From IMG/VR virus record IMGVR_UViG_3300047476_001538, positions 11,772 to 75,771 of that record: DNA of 64,000 nt. One strand, given 5' to 3'. Origin of the DNA: an uncultured virus (IMG/VR IMGVR_UViG_3300047476_001538) (Duplodnaviria > Heunggongvirae > Uroviricota > Caudoviricetes). Below, in pieces: positions 44,245 to 52,838 of this stretch (the stretch's first letter is position 1; each line of letters begins with the position of its first letter). The position numbers and the translations under genes are program-made. The notes under the pieces are model-generated. The model saw nothing but the letters and a program-made list of their open reading frames with translations, searched no databases and was not told where the DNA came from.

Positions 44245-45257
44245 TTATAACAGATACGACGAGCAAACAAACCAATGGTGTTGTGAGAACACTATCAAAA
44301 ACAGTTGATTGTCTTTCAAACGACTTTGAAATTACGATCATTGATCCAAGTAAATTCAATGGAATATCTCTGCCATTCTATAAAGAAATAGATGTTGCGT
44401 TAAACACTTGGAAAATTGGAAAAATGATTGAATCGGTCAACGCTGATTTCGTTCATATTGCCACGGAAGGACCAGTTGGACTTGCTGGTAAACTATACTG
44501 CGATAGTAAAAAGTACCGATACACCACATCGTATCATTCAATGTTCCCTGAGTTCATGCGAGATATGTTGAACATACCAGAAAATTTTACTTACTGGTAT
44601 TTTAGGTGGTTCCATCTAAAGTCACACAATGTATTAGTGCCTACTTATAAAATAAAACATTTGCTTGAGGATAAAGGATTTAAGAATCTGGTAGTATGGA
44701 AAAGAGGCGTTGATAGAAACGTATTTAATTCCTCTTGTAGAAGCAAGCCCATTGATTCTCATCTTAAAGTCATTTTATGTGTGAGTAGGGTTTCAAAAGA
44801 AAAAGGACTTGATGATTTTTGTAAAATTCCTGTAACAGATGGTTATCTAAAAGTGTTGGTTGGTGATGGTCCGTATCTACAAGAATTGATGCACAAATAT
44901 CATTCAGAAGCGGTAGCATTTGTTGGGAAAAAGACTGGAAAAGAACTGTCCGAATTGTATGCCAATGCTGATGTTTTTGTATTCCCTTCAAAAAATGATA
45001 CATTCGGTCTTACGCAATTGGAAGCAATCGCATCTGGAACACCAGTATTGGCATATAAAAATACTGTATCAGATGAAATTATTGTGTCTGGAAAAAGTGG
45101 ATACTTGGTTGAAAAATTCGGGATGGCCGCTATCATGGCTGCGATAGAATTGCCAAGAGAATACGTAGAAGAAGAATCTCACAATTGGACATGGAAAAAG
45201 TGTTCGGATATTTTCGCTAATAGCTTAATTACCAAAAATGAAAAAAACAATCACTGA
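44223..45257 (+). CDS. GT4 (GT-B) glycosyltransferase
   Basis: NGVVRT, HIATEGP.G, RGVD, DTFG..LEA.ASGTPV. Confidence 0.9.
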   Translation: MSRKKLLIITDTTSKQTNGVVRTLSKTVDCLSNDFEITIIDPSKFNGISLPFYKEIDVALNTWKIGKMIESVNADFVHIATEGPVGLAGKLYCDSKKYRYTTSYHSMFPEFMRDMLNIPENFTYWYFRWFHLKSHNVLVPTYKIKHLLEDKGFKNLVVWKRGVDRNVFNSSCRSKPIDSHLKVILCVSRVSKEKGLDDFCKIPVTDGYLKVLVGDGPYLQELMHKYHSEAVAFVGKKTGKELSELYANADVFVFPSKNDTFGLTQLEAIASGTPVLAYKNTVSDEIIVSGKSGYLVEKFGMAAIMAAIELPREYVEEESHNWTWKKCSDIFANSLITKNEKNNH

Positions 45258-45435
45258 TATTGCAGCTAAACACTCATGGGCGCTTCAACTGACTCGTCCC
45301 TGGGAAATTGAAAGATATGCTCATGCAAATTCACCCGTTGCGGATATAAATCGTCGTTCATTGCTTGCCAAAACGAAGGCGGTTGTCGCTTATGATCGGA
45401 TTATCAATGACTTACCGACCGGAATAAAATTTTGA
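45238..45435 (+). CDS. Hypothetical protein
   Basis: Short ORF overlapping the GT4 end. Confidence 0.45.
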   Translation: MKKTITDIAAKHSWALQLTRPWEIERYAHANSPVADINRRSLLAKTKAVVAYDRIINDLPTGIKF

Positions 45436-45485
45436 TTAAAAAGTGTTGATAATAAGATAAATAATTCATTACTATATGAATTATT

Positions 45486-47135
45486 ATGTCACACTTTACT
45501 AAAATCCTTGAATCACTTATGAACAATGATGAAACAACTGCTTATCGGTTGTTTCATGAGTTCGTTGTTGAATCCAGTCGAGCAATCTACGAAGAAGTGA
45601 ATCTCACAGAAGCCAGTTATGATGGCATGATTGCTTCAATGAAAGCTAAGTATCCCGATTTCCAACAAGAGATTGCTGATCAACTCAAGTGGGCAAAAGC
45701 TACGCTCAAGAAGGACGAAAAAATCGTTTGGTACATGAAGAACGTTGGCAATATGCTCGCTGATCAACAGGCCGGCAAGCAAGTACCTGATATAAAAGAA
45801 ATTCAGAATGATCTTGGCCACTTCTTTGGCTTCAATATACCGGCGATTGATCAATATCAATTCGGTAAGAAATCATATGATGAAATCATCAATGATTTAC
45901 AATCAATAGAACAAGATTGGAGTGAAAAGCAGTCCAAGCGTAATTTGCCACCCATAGAACCACAAGAAGGCGACTATGAACTGATGAAATTCCCTGATGG
46001 GAGTGCTTGGTGGTGGGTCGACAGAGCCTATTGCGAGAAAGAAGGCAAACACGGCAAGCATTGCGGGAACGTAACTGGAAAAAGCAAACCAAATCAGCGA
46101 ATATTGAGTCTTAGGAAGAACGGTCAGGTATTACTTACATTCATCCTTGAACCTAACGGCAATTTAGGGGAGATGAAGGCATACAATAACCAGAAACCAA
46201 GTGAAAAGCTTCATCCTCAGATCATGAGTTTATTACTAAGCGACAAGGTAAAAGGCATACAAGGTGGTGGTTACTTAGCCGACAACAACTTCTCGGTATT
46301 TGATTTATCTGATGAAAACTTACAAGTAATTCAGAATAAAAAACCTAATCTTATAAGCGATCAAATTAAAGTAAGTCCTGGTCAAGCACTACAAGCACCG
46401 GCTTGGGTAAGGAAAACATATATGAATGAGATAAGCAAACTATCAACTGGCTTACAATATCTGATTGACCCAAATACCGGTGAATACACCAATGATCCAG
46501 CTGCATGGGATAAAGCAATTCAAGCAGATTCAAAATTATCATTGAATGTTCCGAGTAACATGATTGATCGCTACAAAGATGTGATATTGAGTGTTTTGAA
46601 AAGAACTCCCAAATTTCTCATATCACGAGCAAGCAGAGATATACGAAGGAATTTTGAAATATTGAAAGAATTTGTGCAATTGAGTTATAAAAATATAGGG
46701 TATGTTCAACCGACTACTCTGGGTTATACTAAACTATGCAAACGCGCTGTTAGTAATGAGGGCATGGCGTTGGAATATGTGCCAGAAGAATTGCCAGAAT
46801 ACGCAGAAATATGCAAAATAGCTGTTAGTCAAGATCCTTGGGCGTTGCGATGGGTGCCAGAAGAATTGCCAGAATACGCAGAAATATGCAAAATAGCTGT
46901 TAGCCAAAATGGCAGGGCGTTGCATTATGTGCCGATAGAATTGAGAACACCAACATTATGCAAAATCGCTGTTAGTAATGAGGGCATGGCGTTGGTAGCA
47001 GTGCCAGAAAAATTAAGAACACAGGAAATATACAAAGCCGCTGTTAGCCAAAATGGCAGGGCGTTGGAATATGTGCCACCCGAAATCAAAGACGAAGTGA
47101 AAAGAGCAGTAGAACAAGAAAAACAACAAGGATAA
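45486..47135 (+). CDS. Late protein: shared leader, PcfJ-like domain and 5 DUF4116-like repeats
   Basis: N-terminus as 11301; EG..HCG..ILSLR..EMKA.NN.KP; CKIAVS repeats; GATAAATA at 45456. Confidence 0.85.
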   Translation: MSHFTKILESLMNNDETTAYRLFHEFVVESSRAIYEEVNLTEASYDGMIASMKAKYPDFQQEIADQLKWAKATLKKDEKIVWYMKNVGNMLADQQAGKQVPDIKEIQNDLGHFFGFNIPAIDQYQFGKKSYDEIINDLQSIEQDWSEKQSKRNLPPIEPQEGDYELMKFPDGSAWWWVDRAYCEKEGKHGKHCGNVTGKSKPNQRILSLRKNGQVLLTFILEPNGNLGEMKAYNNQKPSEKLHPQIMSLLLSDKVKGIQGGGYLADNNFSVFDLSDENLQVIQNKKPNLISDQIKVSPGQALQAPAWVRKTYMNEISKLSTGLQYLIDPNTGEYTNDPAAWDKAIQADSKLSLNVPSNMIDRYKDVILSVLKRTPKFLISRASRDIRRNFEILKEFVQLSYKNIGYVQPTTLGYTKLCKRAVSNEGMALEYVPEELPEYAEICKIAVSQDPWALRWVPEELPEYAEICKIAVSQNGRALHYVPIELRTPTLCKIAVSNEGMALVAVPEKLRTQEIYKAAVSQNGRALEYVPPEIKDEVKRAVEQEKQQG

Positions 47136-47141
47136 TTTTGC

Positions 47142-47208
47142 AAAAACAGTTGACAACCTCAAATCTTTCTGTATAATACTCTCCATACCAACCAACAACG
47201 AGGAAACG
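47142..47208 (+). promoter_or_regulatory. Repeated early promoter plus RBS, copy 3
   Basis: TTGACA (47150)-N16-TATAAT (47172), ctccataccaaccaacaacGAGGAaa. Confidence 0.85.
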
Positions 47209-47211
47209 AAA

Positions 47212-47436
47212 ATGAAATGCAAAATTCTTCTCACCATTGACAACGTTTCATTTTATACCACGGCATCTGCCATCAAGAATGGTGTAGGGCAGTCTCAAAC
47301 GATCAATGATGCTGCTCGTGCGGTATACAAGGAACTGATAGGCTACCGAAAGGGAGAATCAAATATTCTCCGCAAAACCATAGGATGCGGTGGCACCGGA
47401 TATTTTGGGCATAACGCTCAAATTAATTTGGTCTGA
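47212..47436 (+). CDS. Early hypothetical protein
   Basis: Follows promoter and RBS. Confidence 0.7.
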   Translation: MKCKILLTIDNVSFYTTASAIKNGVGQSQTINDAARAVYKELIGYRKGESNILRKTIGCGGTGYFGHNAQINLV

Positions 47437-47439
47437 CGC

Positions 47440-47468
47440 TTGACAACCACCAAAAAACACTGTACAAT
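47440..47468 (+). promoter_or_regulatory. Sigma70 promoter
   Basis: TTGACA-N17-TACAAT. Confidence 0.75.
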
Positions 47469-47501
47469 TTACTTTCACTTCAACTCTCAGGAGATAATAT
47501 C

Positions 47502-47693
47502 ATGACTTGGCTACTTGTTCTGTCTATGTTTTCCAACCCAGATGGCAACTATGTTCGTGCGTTCAACACCGAAGCTGAATGTACCAAAGAAATGAAGGCA
47601 TTTATCAAAAAGAATGATGGCAACACCGATATTAAATATATCGGTTGCACCTCAACGCAATCAGCAATGGCTTCAATTGGTGACGACGAGTGA
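47502..47693 (+). CDS. Small hypothetical protein
   Basis: AGGAG RBS; F.TE.EC..C. Confidence 0.7.
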   Translation: MTWLLVLSMFSNPDGNYVRAFNTEAECTKEMKAFIKKNDGNTDIKYIGCTSTQSAMASIGDDE

Positions 47694-47896
47694 GCCAATC
47701 AATATGGATGGTGAACATCGCAGTCGGATGTTCACCCGCATTATCAAACGAAGAACTCATCAACCGAATCCAAAGAGCATTAGATTCCGAGTTCAATGAT
47801 GATTCCTTTGCTGTAGTAAAAAATTCATCTATCGTTGACGGACCAGAAAAAGTATTTTTAACCATGATTCACAACAAGGAAAACAAAAATGTCTGA
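47690..47896 (+). CDS. Hypothetical protein
   Basis: GTGA overlap. Confidence 0.55.
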   Translation: MSQSIWMVNIAVGCSPALSNEELINRIQRALDSEFNDDSFAVVKNSSIVDGPEKVFLTMIHNKENKNV

Positions 47897-48275
47897 TATT
47901 GATTATTCAAAATTCCCAATCATATCCACCCACGATTTTGAGTATGTAGAAATTGATGCACTCAAAATCGAGGATGATGTTTATGTCGCAATGCTAAACT
48001 TCTTCAAAGAAAACGAGGAAGAAGATAATTCGGTACATGGTTTTTCACTTGATACAGCAATTTATGGAGAAACACTAAAAGAAGTGTTTGATAAAATAGG
48101 ATTCCTATTTGGCTCGGGATTATTTGATAATATCAATGTTGGCACTCACGGCAGTCTTTGGGGCGTTGATGGCGAACGAATTGATTCAATTTGCTGGATG
48201 CACGAAGGTGGCATAGATGTTGATCACGATCATGATGAATCCATTTCAGAAGAAGTGAAGCCCACACTACATTAA
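47889..48275 (+). CDS. Acidic hypothetical protein
   Basis: AAGGA RBS; ends PTLH. Confidence 0.7.
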   Translation: MSDIDYSKFPIISTHDFEYVEIDALKIEDDVYVAMLNFFKENEEEDNSVHGFSLDTAIYGETLKEVFDKIGFLFGSGLFDNINVGTHGSLWGVDGERIDSICWMHEGGIDVDHDHDESISEEVKPTLH

Positions 48276-48279
48276 AACG

Positions 48280-48510
48280 ATGAAAATAATTTTAATTCTA
48301 TTCGCACTTTTGTCCACAAACATTAGCGCAAATCAACCGGGTGTAATCAACCCACCCAACACGTTTACTGCTCTTGTGCGTTTTAACAATGGCACGACAA
48401 CGACCTTAACCATTAACGCGATCAATATGTCAATCGCTCGGGATTTAGCACAAGCACAATGTGGTGGACCCAGTAATTGCACCATAATGGTCGTAAGTTC
48501 AAAAAATTAA
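48280..48510 (+). CDS. Small secreted hypothetical protein
   Basis: Signal peptide-like N-terminus. Confidence 0.6.
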   Translation: MKIILILFALLSTNISANQPGVINPPNTFTALVRFNNGTTTTLTINAINMSIARDLAQAQCGGPSNCTIMVVSSKN

Positions 48511-48527
48511 CCAAAAGGAAACACACA

Positions 48528-48731
48528 ATGAAAATCAATATGATGATGGTAATCGTAGCAATCGCATTCTTCACTCTGGCGACCTACTTGGGAGCACAAA
48601 TTTACAATGATCACCAAGCAATCAAGGCTGGACTACAACAATGTTTGGTTCAAACAAAGAATGGTATCTATCATAAGCTATGGGCTACCACTTGTGACAA
48701 ATTGATTATTGAGATTGAATCCGACAAGTGA
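48528..48731 (+). CDS. Small membrane protein
   Basis: AAGGA RBS; one TM helix; AGLQQC. Confidence 0.6.
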   Translation: MKINMMMVIVAIAFFTLATYLGAQIYNDHQAIKAGLQQCLVQTKNGIYHKLWATTCDKLIIEIESDK

Positions 48732-49303
48732 AATTAGATCAAGCCATCGGCACATGGGACTATGCGATCACCAATAGTGATTGCCAAAATGTAATTAAAT
48801 ATTTTGAAAAAATGAATTCTATGGGCATGGCTATTTCTCGCCAAGATGAAGGAGAATCGGCTCTTATCAAAAAAGATAGAGCCGTGTTTCTTAGTCCATC
48901 TATGCTCATCAATTCAATTGACGACTCTTTTTGGACACCGATTCTCTCCAAAGTATGGGAGTGTTATCTTGAATACGTATCGCATTATGAGATACTAAAG
49001 AAATATGATTCAAACAGAATCGTATCATTTAAAATTCAAAAAACAGTAGAAGAAGAAGGATATCATGTTTGGCACTCAGAAAACATGAGTGTAAATTGTA
49101 GTCGTAGATTATTAGCATGGGCGGTCTATCTGAACACCGTAAATCAAGGTGGCGAAACTGAATTTTTACATCAACGGCTTAGAGTAGAAGCGATAACCGG
49201 TCGTGTTGTTATGTGGCCGGCCACGTTTACTCATGTTCATAGAGGTAATCCGCCATTGAGTGGTGAAAAATACCTTCTCACAGGATGGATAGAACTTGCT
49301 TGA
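48728..49303 (+). CDS. 2OG-Fe(II) oxygenase
   Basis: YHVWHSE, YLN..GGETEF, THVHRGNPP, KY..TGW. Confidence 0.9.
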   Translation: MKLDQAIGTWDYAITNSDCQNVIKYFEKMNSMGMAISRQDEGESALIKKDRAVFLSPSMLINSIDDSFWTPILSKVWECYLEYVSHYEILKKYDSNRIVSFKIQKTVEEEGYHVWHSENMSVNCSRRLLAWAVYLNTVNQGGETEFLHQRLRVEAITGRVVMWPATFTHVHRGNPPLSGEKYLLTGWIELA

Positions 49304-49328
49304 CATCTTCGTGCTACTAAGATAAAAT
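49300..49328 (+). promoter_or_regulatory. Sigma70 promoter
   Basis: TTGACA-N17-TAAAAT. Confidence 0.7.
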
Positions 49329-49357
49329 GATTCATTGCCCACACACGGAGACTTAAC

Positions 49358-49540
49358 ATGAAATTTGAAAAGCGCAAGGGTCTTGAAGGTCCGTTTACCT
49401 ATCCTAATGGCAGAACGCTATATTATGATAACAAGGAAGGTCAATATTGGGATCCGTTATCGGATTTTTACATTGATCATGAAGAAATTGCAATGTTACA
49501 ACAGCAAATATTTGACAAGATTTCTGGTAGTTTTTCATAA
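49358..49540 (+). CDS. Conserved small phage protein
   Basis: GLEGPF..GR.LYYD.KEG.YWDP..D. Confidence 0.75.
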   Translation: MKFEKRKGLEGPFTYPNGRTLYYDNKEGQYWDPLSDFYIDHEEIAMLQQQIFDKISGSFS

Positions 49541-49552
49541 AGGGTTTACAGT

Positions 49553-50092
49553 ATGAGAGCAAAGGAACTGTTTGAAAAGTTGAATCATTACAACGACGGC
49601 ACAAGAACTTTGTTTGAAAGCATTGCTGTACCAGAAGTCAATCAAGCTCTTATAGATTGGAACAAACATCAACACAACGGAGTGTTGATAGGCGGTTGTG
49701 CTCTTAGCTTTTACGTCAGACCAAGGACTACAATGGACGTTGATGTTCTTTTTTTAACAGACGATTCGATACCAAAAGAAGTCAGTGGTTTTAAAAGAAC
49801 AAGACCTTCTGCATTTCAACATAACAAAACACATGTTGGGATTGAACTCGTCACTTCACTGTTGATAGGAATATCACAAGAATTAACTCAAAAAGTTTTT
49901 GATACTGCGATGATCTCCGACAATGTTAAAATCGCAAGTCCATCCGCTCTTGTTGCATTGAAGCTACATAGATTTAATCGCCAAGATCAAGCTGACATAG
50001 AAGAATTGATGAATCATTATACCATCGATTTACAAGATTGGCCACTGTCCGAAAAGGCCAAGGCGCATTACGAAAAAGTACTGACTTGGTAA
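49553..50092 (+). CDS. AbiEii/MenT-like nucleotidyltransferase with internal-protein-like leader
   Basis: MRAKELFE..LFE; IGG.A....RPR.T.DVD; LVALK..R.QD..D. Confidence 0.8.
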   Translation: MRAKELFEKLNHYNDGTRTLFESIAVPEVNQALIDWNKHQHNGVLIGGCALSFYVRPRTTMDVDVLFLTDDSIPKEVSGFKRTRPSAFQHNKTHVGIELVTSLLIGISQELTQKVFDTAMISDNVKIASPSALVALKLHRFNRQDQADIEELMNHYTIDLQDWPLSEKAKAHYEKVLTW

Positions 50093-50168
50093 TAAATATC
50101 AACAAAATCATAACTAACGAAACAAAAGACAAATCGTACATTTATGAAAATTATTCTGAGTTTGTGAA

Positions 50169-50768
50169 ATGAAAATTTCAGAAATAATTACCAATCCGCC
50201 CAGAGATGAATATATTGATCAATATCAGTATCATTTTTCCGATTGCCCAACCGTTGCTACCATTAAAAATTTACAGCTAAAAAAATGCGAATCACAGGAT
50301 GAAATTGAATATGGTCTGATTGATTCCAAGGACCATATAGTAGGCTATTTTTCATTAGATCGGTACGATGACGACATTTGGTCAGTTAATTTAGTTCAAT
50401 TAGCACAGGCATACAAAGGAATGGGATATGGAACATTCTTTTATGATTATGCTATCATGAACGATAAGCTAAAAATTTTATCGGATGCAACAAACACTGA
50501 AGGACAATTTGGCTCAAGAGCATTATGGGAAAGGCTAAAAAATAATCGTCGCTACGAGATAGTAGGATATGATACAAACACTGATTCAGTCATTCCTAAT
50601 GCCACTTCTGAAATGATTCATAATAATAAACCAAATACAAGATGGTTAGCCATTCCTCCATCAGAGACCATAAACGAATCAATTCAACGAATTCAGTCTC
50701 ACATGAAAAAGAGATATGTGGTGTGGTATGGTCCAGGTACCACATCTGAGACCTATTTTAATTACTGA
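50169..50768 (+). CDS. GNAT-like protein with internal-protein-like leader
   Basis: MKISEII; YKGMGYG..Y..SD..T..SRALW. Confidence 0.7.
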   Translation: MKISEIITNPPRDEYIDQYQYHFSDCPTVATIKNLQLKKCESQDEIEYGLIDSKDHIVGYFSLDRYDDDIWSVNLVQLAQAYKGMGYGTFFYDYAIMNDKLKILSDATNTEGQFGSRALWERLKNNRRYEIVGYDTNTDSVIPNATSEMIHNNKPNTRWLAIPPSETINESIQRIQSHMKKRYVVWYGPGTTSETYFNY

Positions 50769-50839
50769 CGCCCGATAAATATGAGTAATCGAAGAGGAAA
50801 AATTATACTGGTTGATTTGTTGATGATAAATAATCAATA

Positions 50840-50913
50840 CGGCCTTGACGAGATTCGAACTCGTAACCTTCCCATTAGTCAAGCAGGCGCTCTGTCCATT
50901 GAGCTACAAGGCC
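50840..50913 (-). tRNA. tRNA-like gene with aberrant anticodon arm (nominal GAC/Val, uncertain), no encoded CCA
   Basis: GGCCTTG/CAAGGCC, GCTC/GAGC D-stem, ACGAG-TTCGAAT-CTCGT; promoter TTGACT-N17-TAATAT at 50948-50920. Confidence 0.75.
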
Positions 50914-50996
50914 GTGTCTATATTACACGATTATCATCAGGCAGTCAAGGTAAATTTTTATGGCAGTCTTCGGCGTAGATAAATAAGATTTATAAT

Positions 50997-51071
50997 GCCT
51001 CTATAGTTTAACGGGAAAAACAAGGGATTTGTAACCCCTAGTTCCCGGGTCAGTTCCGGGTGGGGGCTCCA
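50997..51071 (+). tRNA. tRNA-Thr(TGT) with non-canonical T-loop
   Basis: GCCTCTA/TGGGGGC-T-CCA; anticodon 51030-32; T-loop GTCAGTT. Confidence 0.85.
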
Positions 51072-51077
51072 TTTAAG

Positions 51078-51103
51078 AAAAAGCGCATTTATTGCGCTTT
51101 TTT
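51078..51103 (+). terminator. Intrinsic terminator
   Basis: AAAAAGCGCA-ttta-TTGCGCTTTTTT. Confidence 0.85.
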
Positions 51104-51219
51104 GTTGTCACTTAAAAAGGTGATAAATAAATGTAGGTAATCAGATACACCACATATCCGAAACCGGTCTGGAGGACAACGGCTGTCCCTACGACATTAT
51201 TTATTATCTGGAGGAATCA

Positions 51220-51882
51220 ATGGCAATAATTGCTCTATATGTAAAAACTCATAGAAAAACAGGATTGAAGTATCTTGGTAAAACAACATCCGCTGATCCT
51301 TGTGTGTACAAAGGATCAGGCACTCGTTGGACTCGTCATCTGAACAAACACGGTGATGATGTTGACACGGAAATAATTCGCTGGTGTACTCCAGATTCTA
51401 TCAAATATTGGGGTATATACTTCTCCAATCTGTGGAATGTTGTAGAAGACGATAACTGGGCTAATCTTAGACCGGAAATAGGCGACGGTGGTTTTGGACC
51501 AGAACCAGGAGAGAAAGGAAGAGCCACTCAAAAAATATTGAGAGAAACCGACTCTGAATGGGTTGAGGAATGTAGTAAAGCAATATCATTGGGTGTGCAA
51601 AGATTCTACGAGGAGGGAGGAGTAGGATCATTCACTGGCAAAAAGCACGATATCAACTACTACAACAAACTAAAAATAACTCATCAAAATAACAAGCATC
51701 AACAAGGAGAAAAAAATTCACAGCATGGTACAAGATGGATAAATAATAGTGGATACAACACGAAGTGGAGTATTGACAATTCAATACCACTCGGTTGGAT
51801 GGCAGGTAGAATAATGAAACTACCATCGTTGCCAAAAGATGAAAAACAAAAATTATTGAGTCAGTTTATAGTAGATAAATAA
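51220..51882 (+). CDS. GIY-YIG (Seg-like) free-standing homing endonuclease in the tRNA cluster
   Basis: LYVKTH..LKYLGKT..YKGSG..W; WANL; NUMOD-like GEKNSQ.GT.WIN. Confidence 0.85.
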   Translation: MAIIALYVKTHRKTGLKYLGKTTSADPCVYKGSGTRWTRHLNKHGDDVDTEIIRWCTPDSIKYWGIYFSNLWNVVEDDNWANLRPEIGDGGFGPEPGEKGRATQKILRETDSEWVEECSKAISLGVQRFYEEGGVGSFTGKKHDINYYNKLKITHQNNKHQQGEKNSQHGTRWINNSGYNTKWSIDNSIPLGWMAGRIMKLPSLPKDEKQKLLSQFIVDK

Positions 51883-51895
51883 AATAACAGTTTAT

Positions 51896-51979
51896 TCCGA
51901 GATGACGAAACGGTAGCCGTAGTTGACTGTTAATCAACCGCCGAAAGGCTTGCAGGTTCAAGTCCTGCTCTCGGAGCCA
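51896..51979 (+). tRNA. tRNA-Asn(GTT) with long variable arm
   Basis: TCCGAGA/TCTCGGA-G-CCA; anticodon 51929-31; V-arm GCC-GAAA-GGC. Confidence 0.9.
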
Positions 51980-51991
51980 CATTAAAAATAC

Positions 51992-52020
51992 AAAGCCTCA
52001 ACATTGGGGCTTTTATTTTG
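51992..52020 (+). terminator. Terminator family (related copies at 52351-52378 and 52837-52862)
   Basis: AAGCCTCaacatYGGGGCTTTTATTTT. Confidence 0.8.
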
Positions 52021-52038
52021 TCTCCTATATTTCATCTA

Positions 52039-52067
52039 TTGACATTTATGCCACGGTATGATATGAT
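52039..52067 (+). promoter_or_regulatory. Sigma70 promoter for the GCC tRNA
   Basis: TTGACA-N17-TATGAT. Confidence 0.8.
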
Positions 52068-52079
52068 GTATCTGTAGTT

Positions 52080-52168
52080 GGGGTGGTGGCGGAATTGGTA
52101 GACGCGCTTGATTGCCAATTAAGTGGCTCTTGTATGTCGTAAAGGTTCGAATCCCTTTCACTCCACCA
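52080..52168 (+). tRNA. tRNA with GCC (Gly) anticodon, Ala-type acceptor stem and long variable arm
   Basis: GGGGTGG/TCACTCC-A-CCA (G3.U70); CTTGA-TT GCC AA-TTAAG; 17-nt variable region. Confidence 0.88.
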
Positions 52169-52453
52169 ACTACACCTAAATTTCAATGATTGGCATATTT
52201 TGATAAATACAAATTACAAGAGCCGCTTGATTGGATGCGTTCAAATCCATCACTTCCTTCTGATGGTGGCACATCGGTTACAATAAATAATAGTAGCATC
52301 GTGGTATCACGCTACAACACGTTTGGCTATTGGTACGCTGAACATCTTAGAAGCCTCAACATCGGGGCTTTTATTTTGCCTGTATTTTGCAGCTTGACAT
52401 CTACCGCAACATAGCGTACAATGGTCTATAAATACATAAAGAGGTATATGATC

Positions 52454-52609
52454 ATGAACAACGAATTATCACTAAAAGAAAAGATTATCATAGCAAACAG
52501 CATGGTGACACGTCTTAAAAAACTGAATAAGTTATTTGAAAAGTACGAAAATAAGAATAAAAATGAAAATCACAGAGATAGTAATATCAGACGAACTAAA
52601 GATATTTGA
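52454..52609 (+). CDS. Small hypothetical protein
   Basis: GAGG RBS; TATAAATA upstream. Confidence 0.45.
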   Translation: MNNELSLKEKIIIANSMVTRLKKLNKLFEKYENKNKNENHRDSNIRRTKDI

Positions 52610-52838
52610 GTACATCAAAGATCAGCAGATTGCTAGTGAGATATACGCTCTTTACCATAGCCTTGGTCGAGTAACAGATAATTTTATATACGAGCACTAC
52701 GAGGTATTCGCTCACAGCGACGTATTCGATACATTAAACGACCTTGATCACTTAACTCGTGAAGCAGCAAATATATTTGATCCAAACGATCAGGTGATGG
52801 AAGTGCTGAGATTTCTAACAGACTATTTTGAACGATAA
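52563..52838 (+). CDS. Hypothetical protein with internal-protein-like leader
   Basis: MKITEIVIS..IFE. Confidence 0.65.
   Translation: MKITEIVISDELKIFEYIKDQQIASEIYALYHSLGRVTDNFIYEHYEVFAHSDVFDTLNDLDHLTREAANIFDPNDQVMEVLRFLTDYFER

Noticed and set aside
50781-50978. 65-aa ORF
   Set aside because: It is the antisense reading of the minus-strand tRNA-like gene
52111-52118. Reading the 52080 tRNA as Ala(TGC)
   Set aside because: Centring TGC destroys anticodon-stem pairing; the 5-bp stem places GCC at positions 34-36
52190-52414. 74-aa ORF
   Set aside because: TTG start without an RBS; it spans promoters and a terminator
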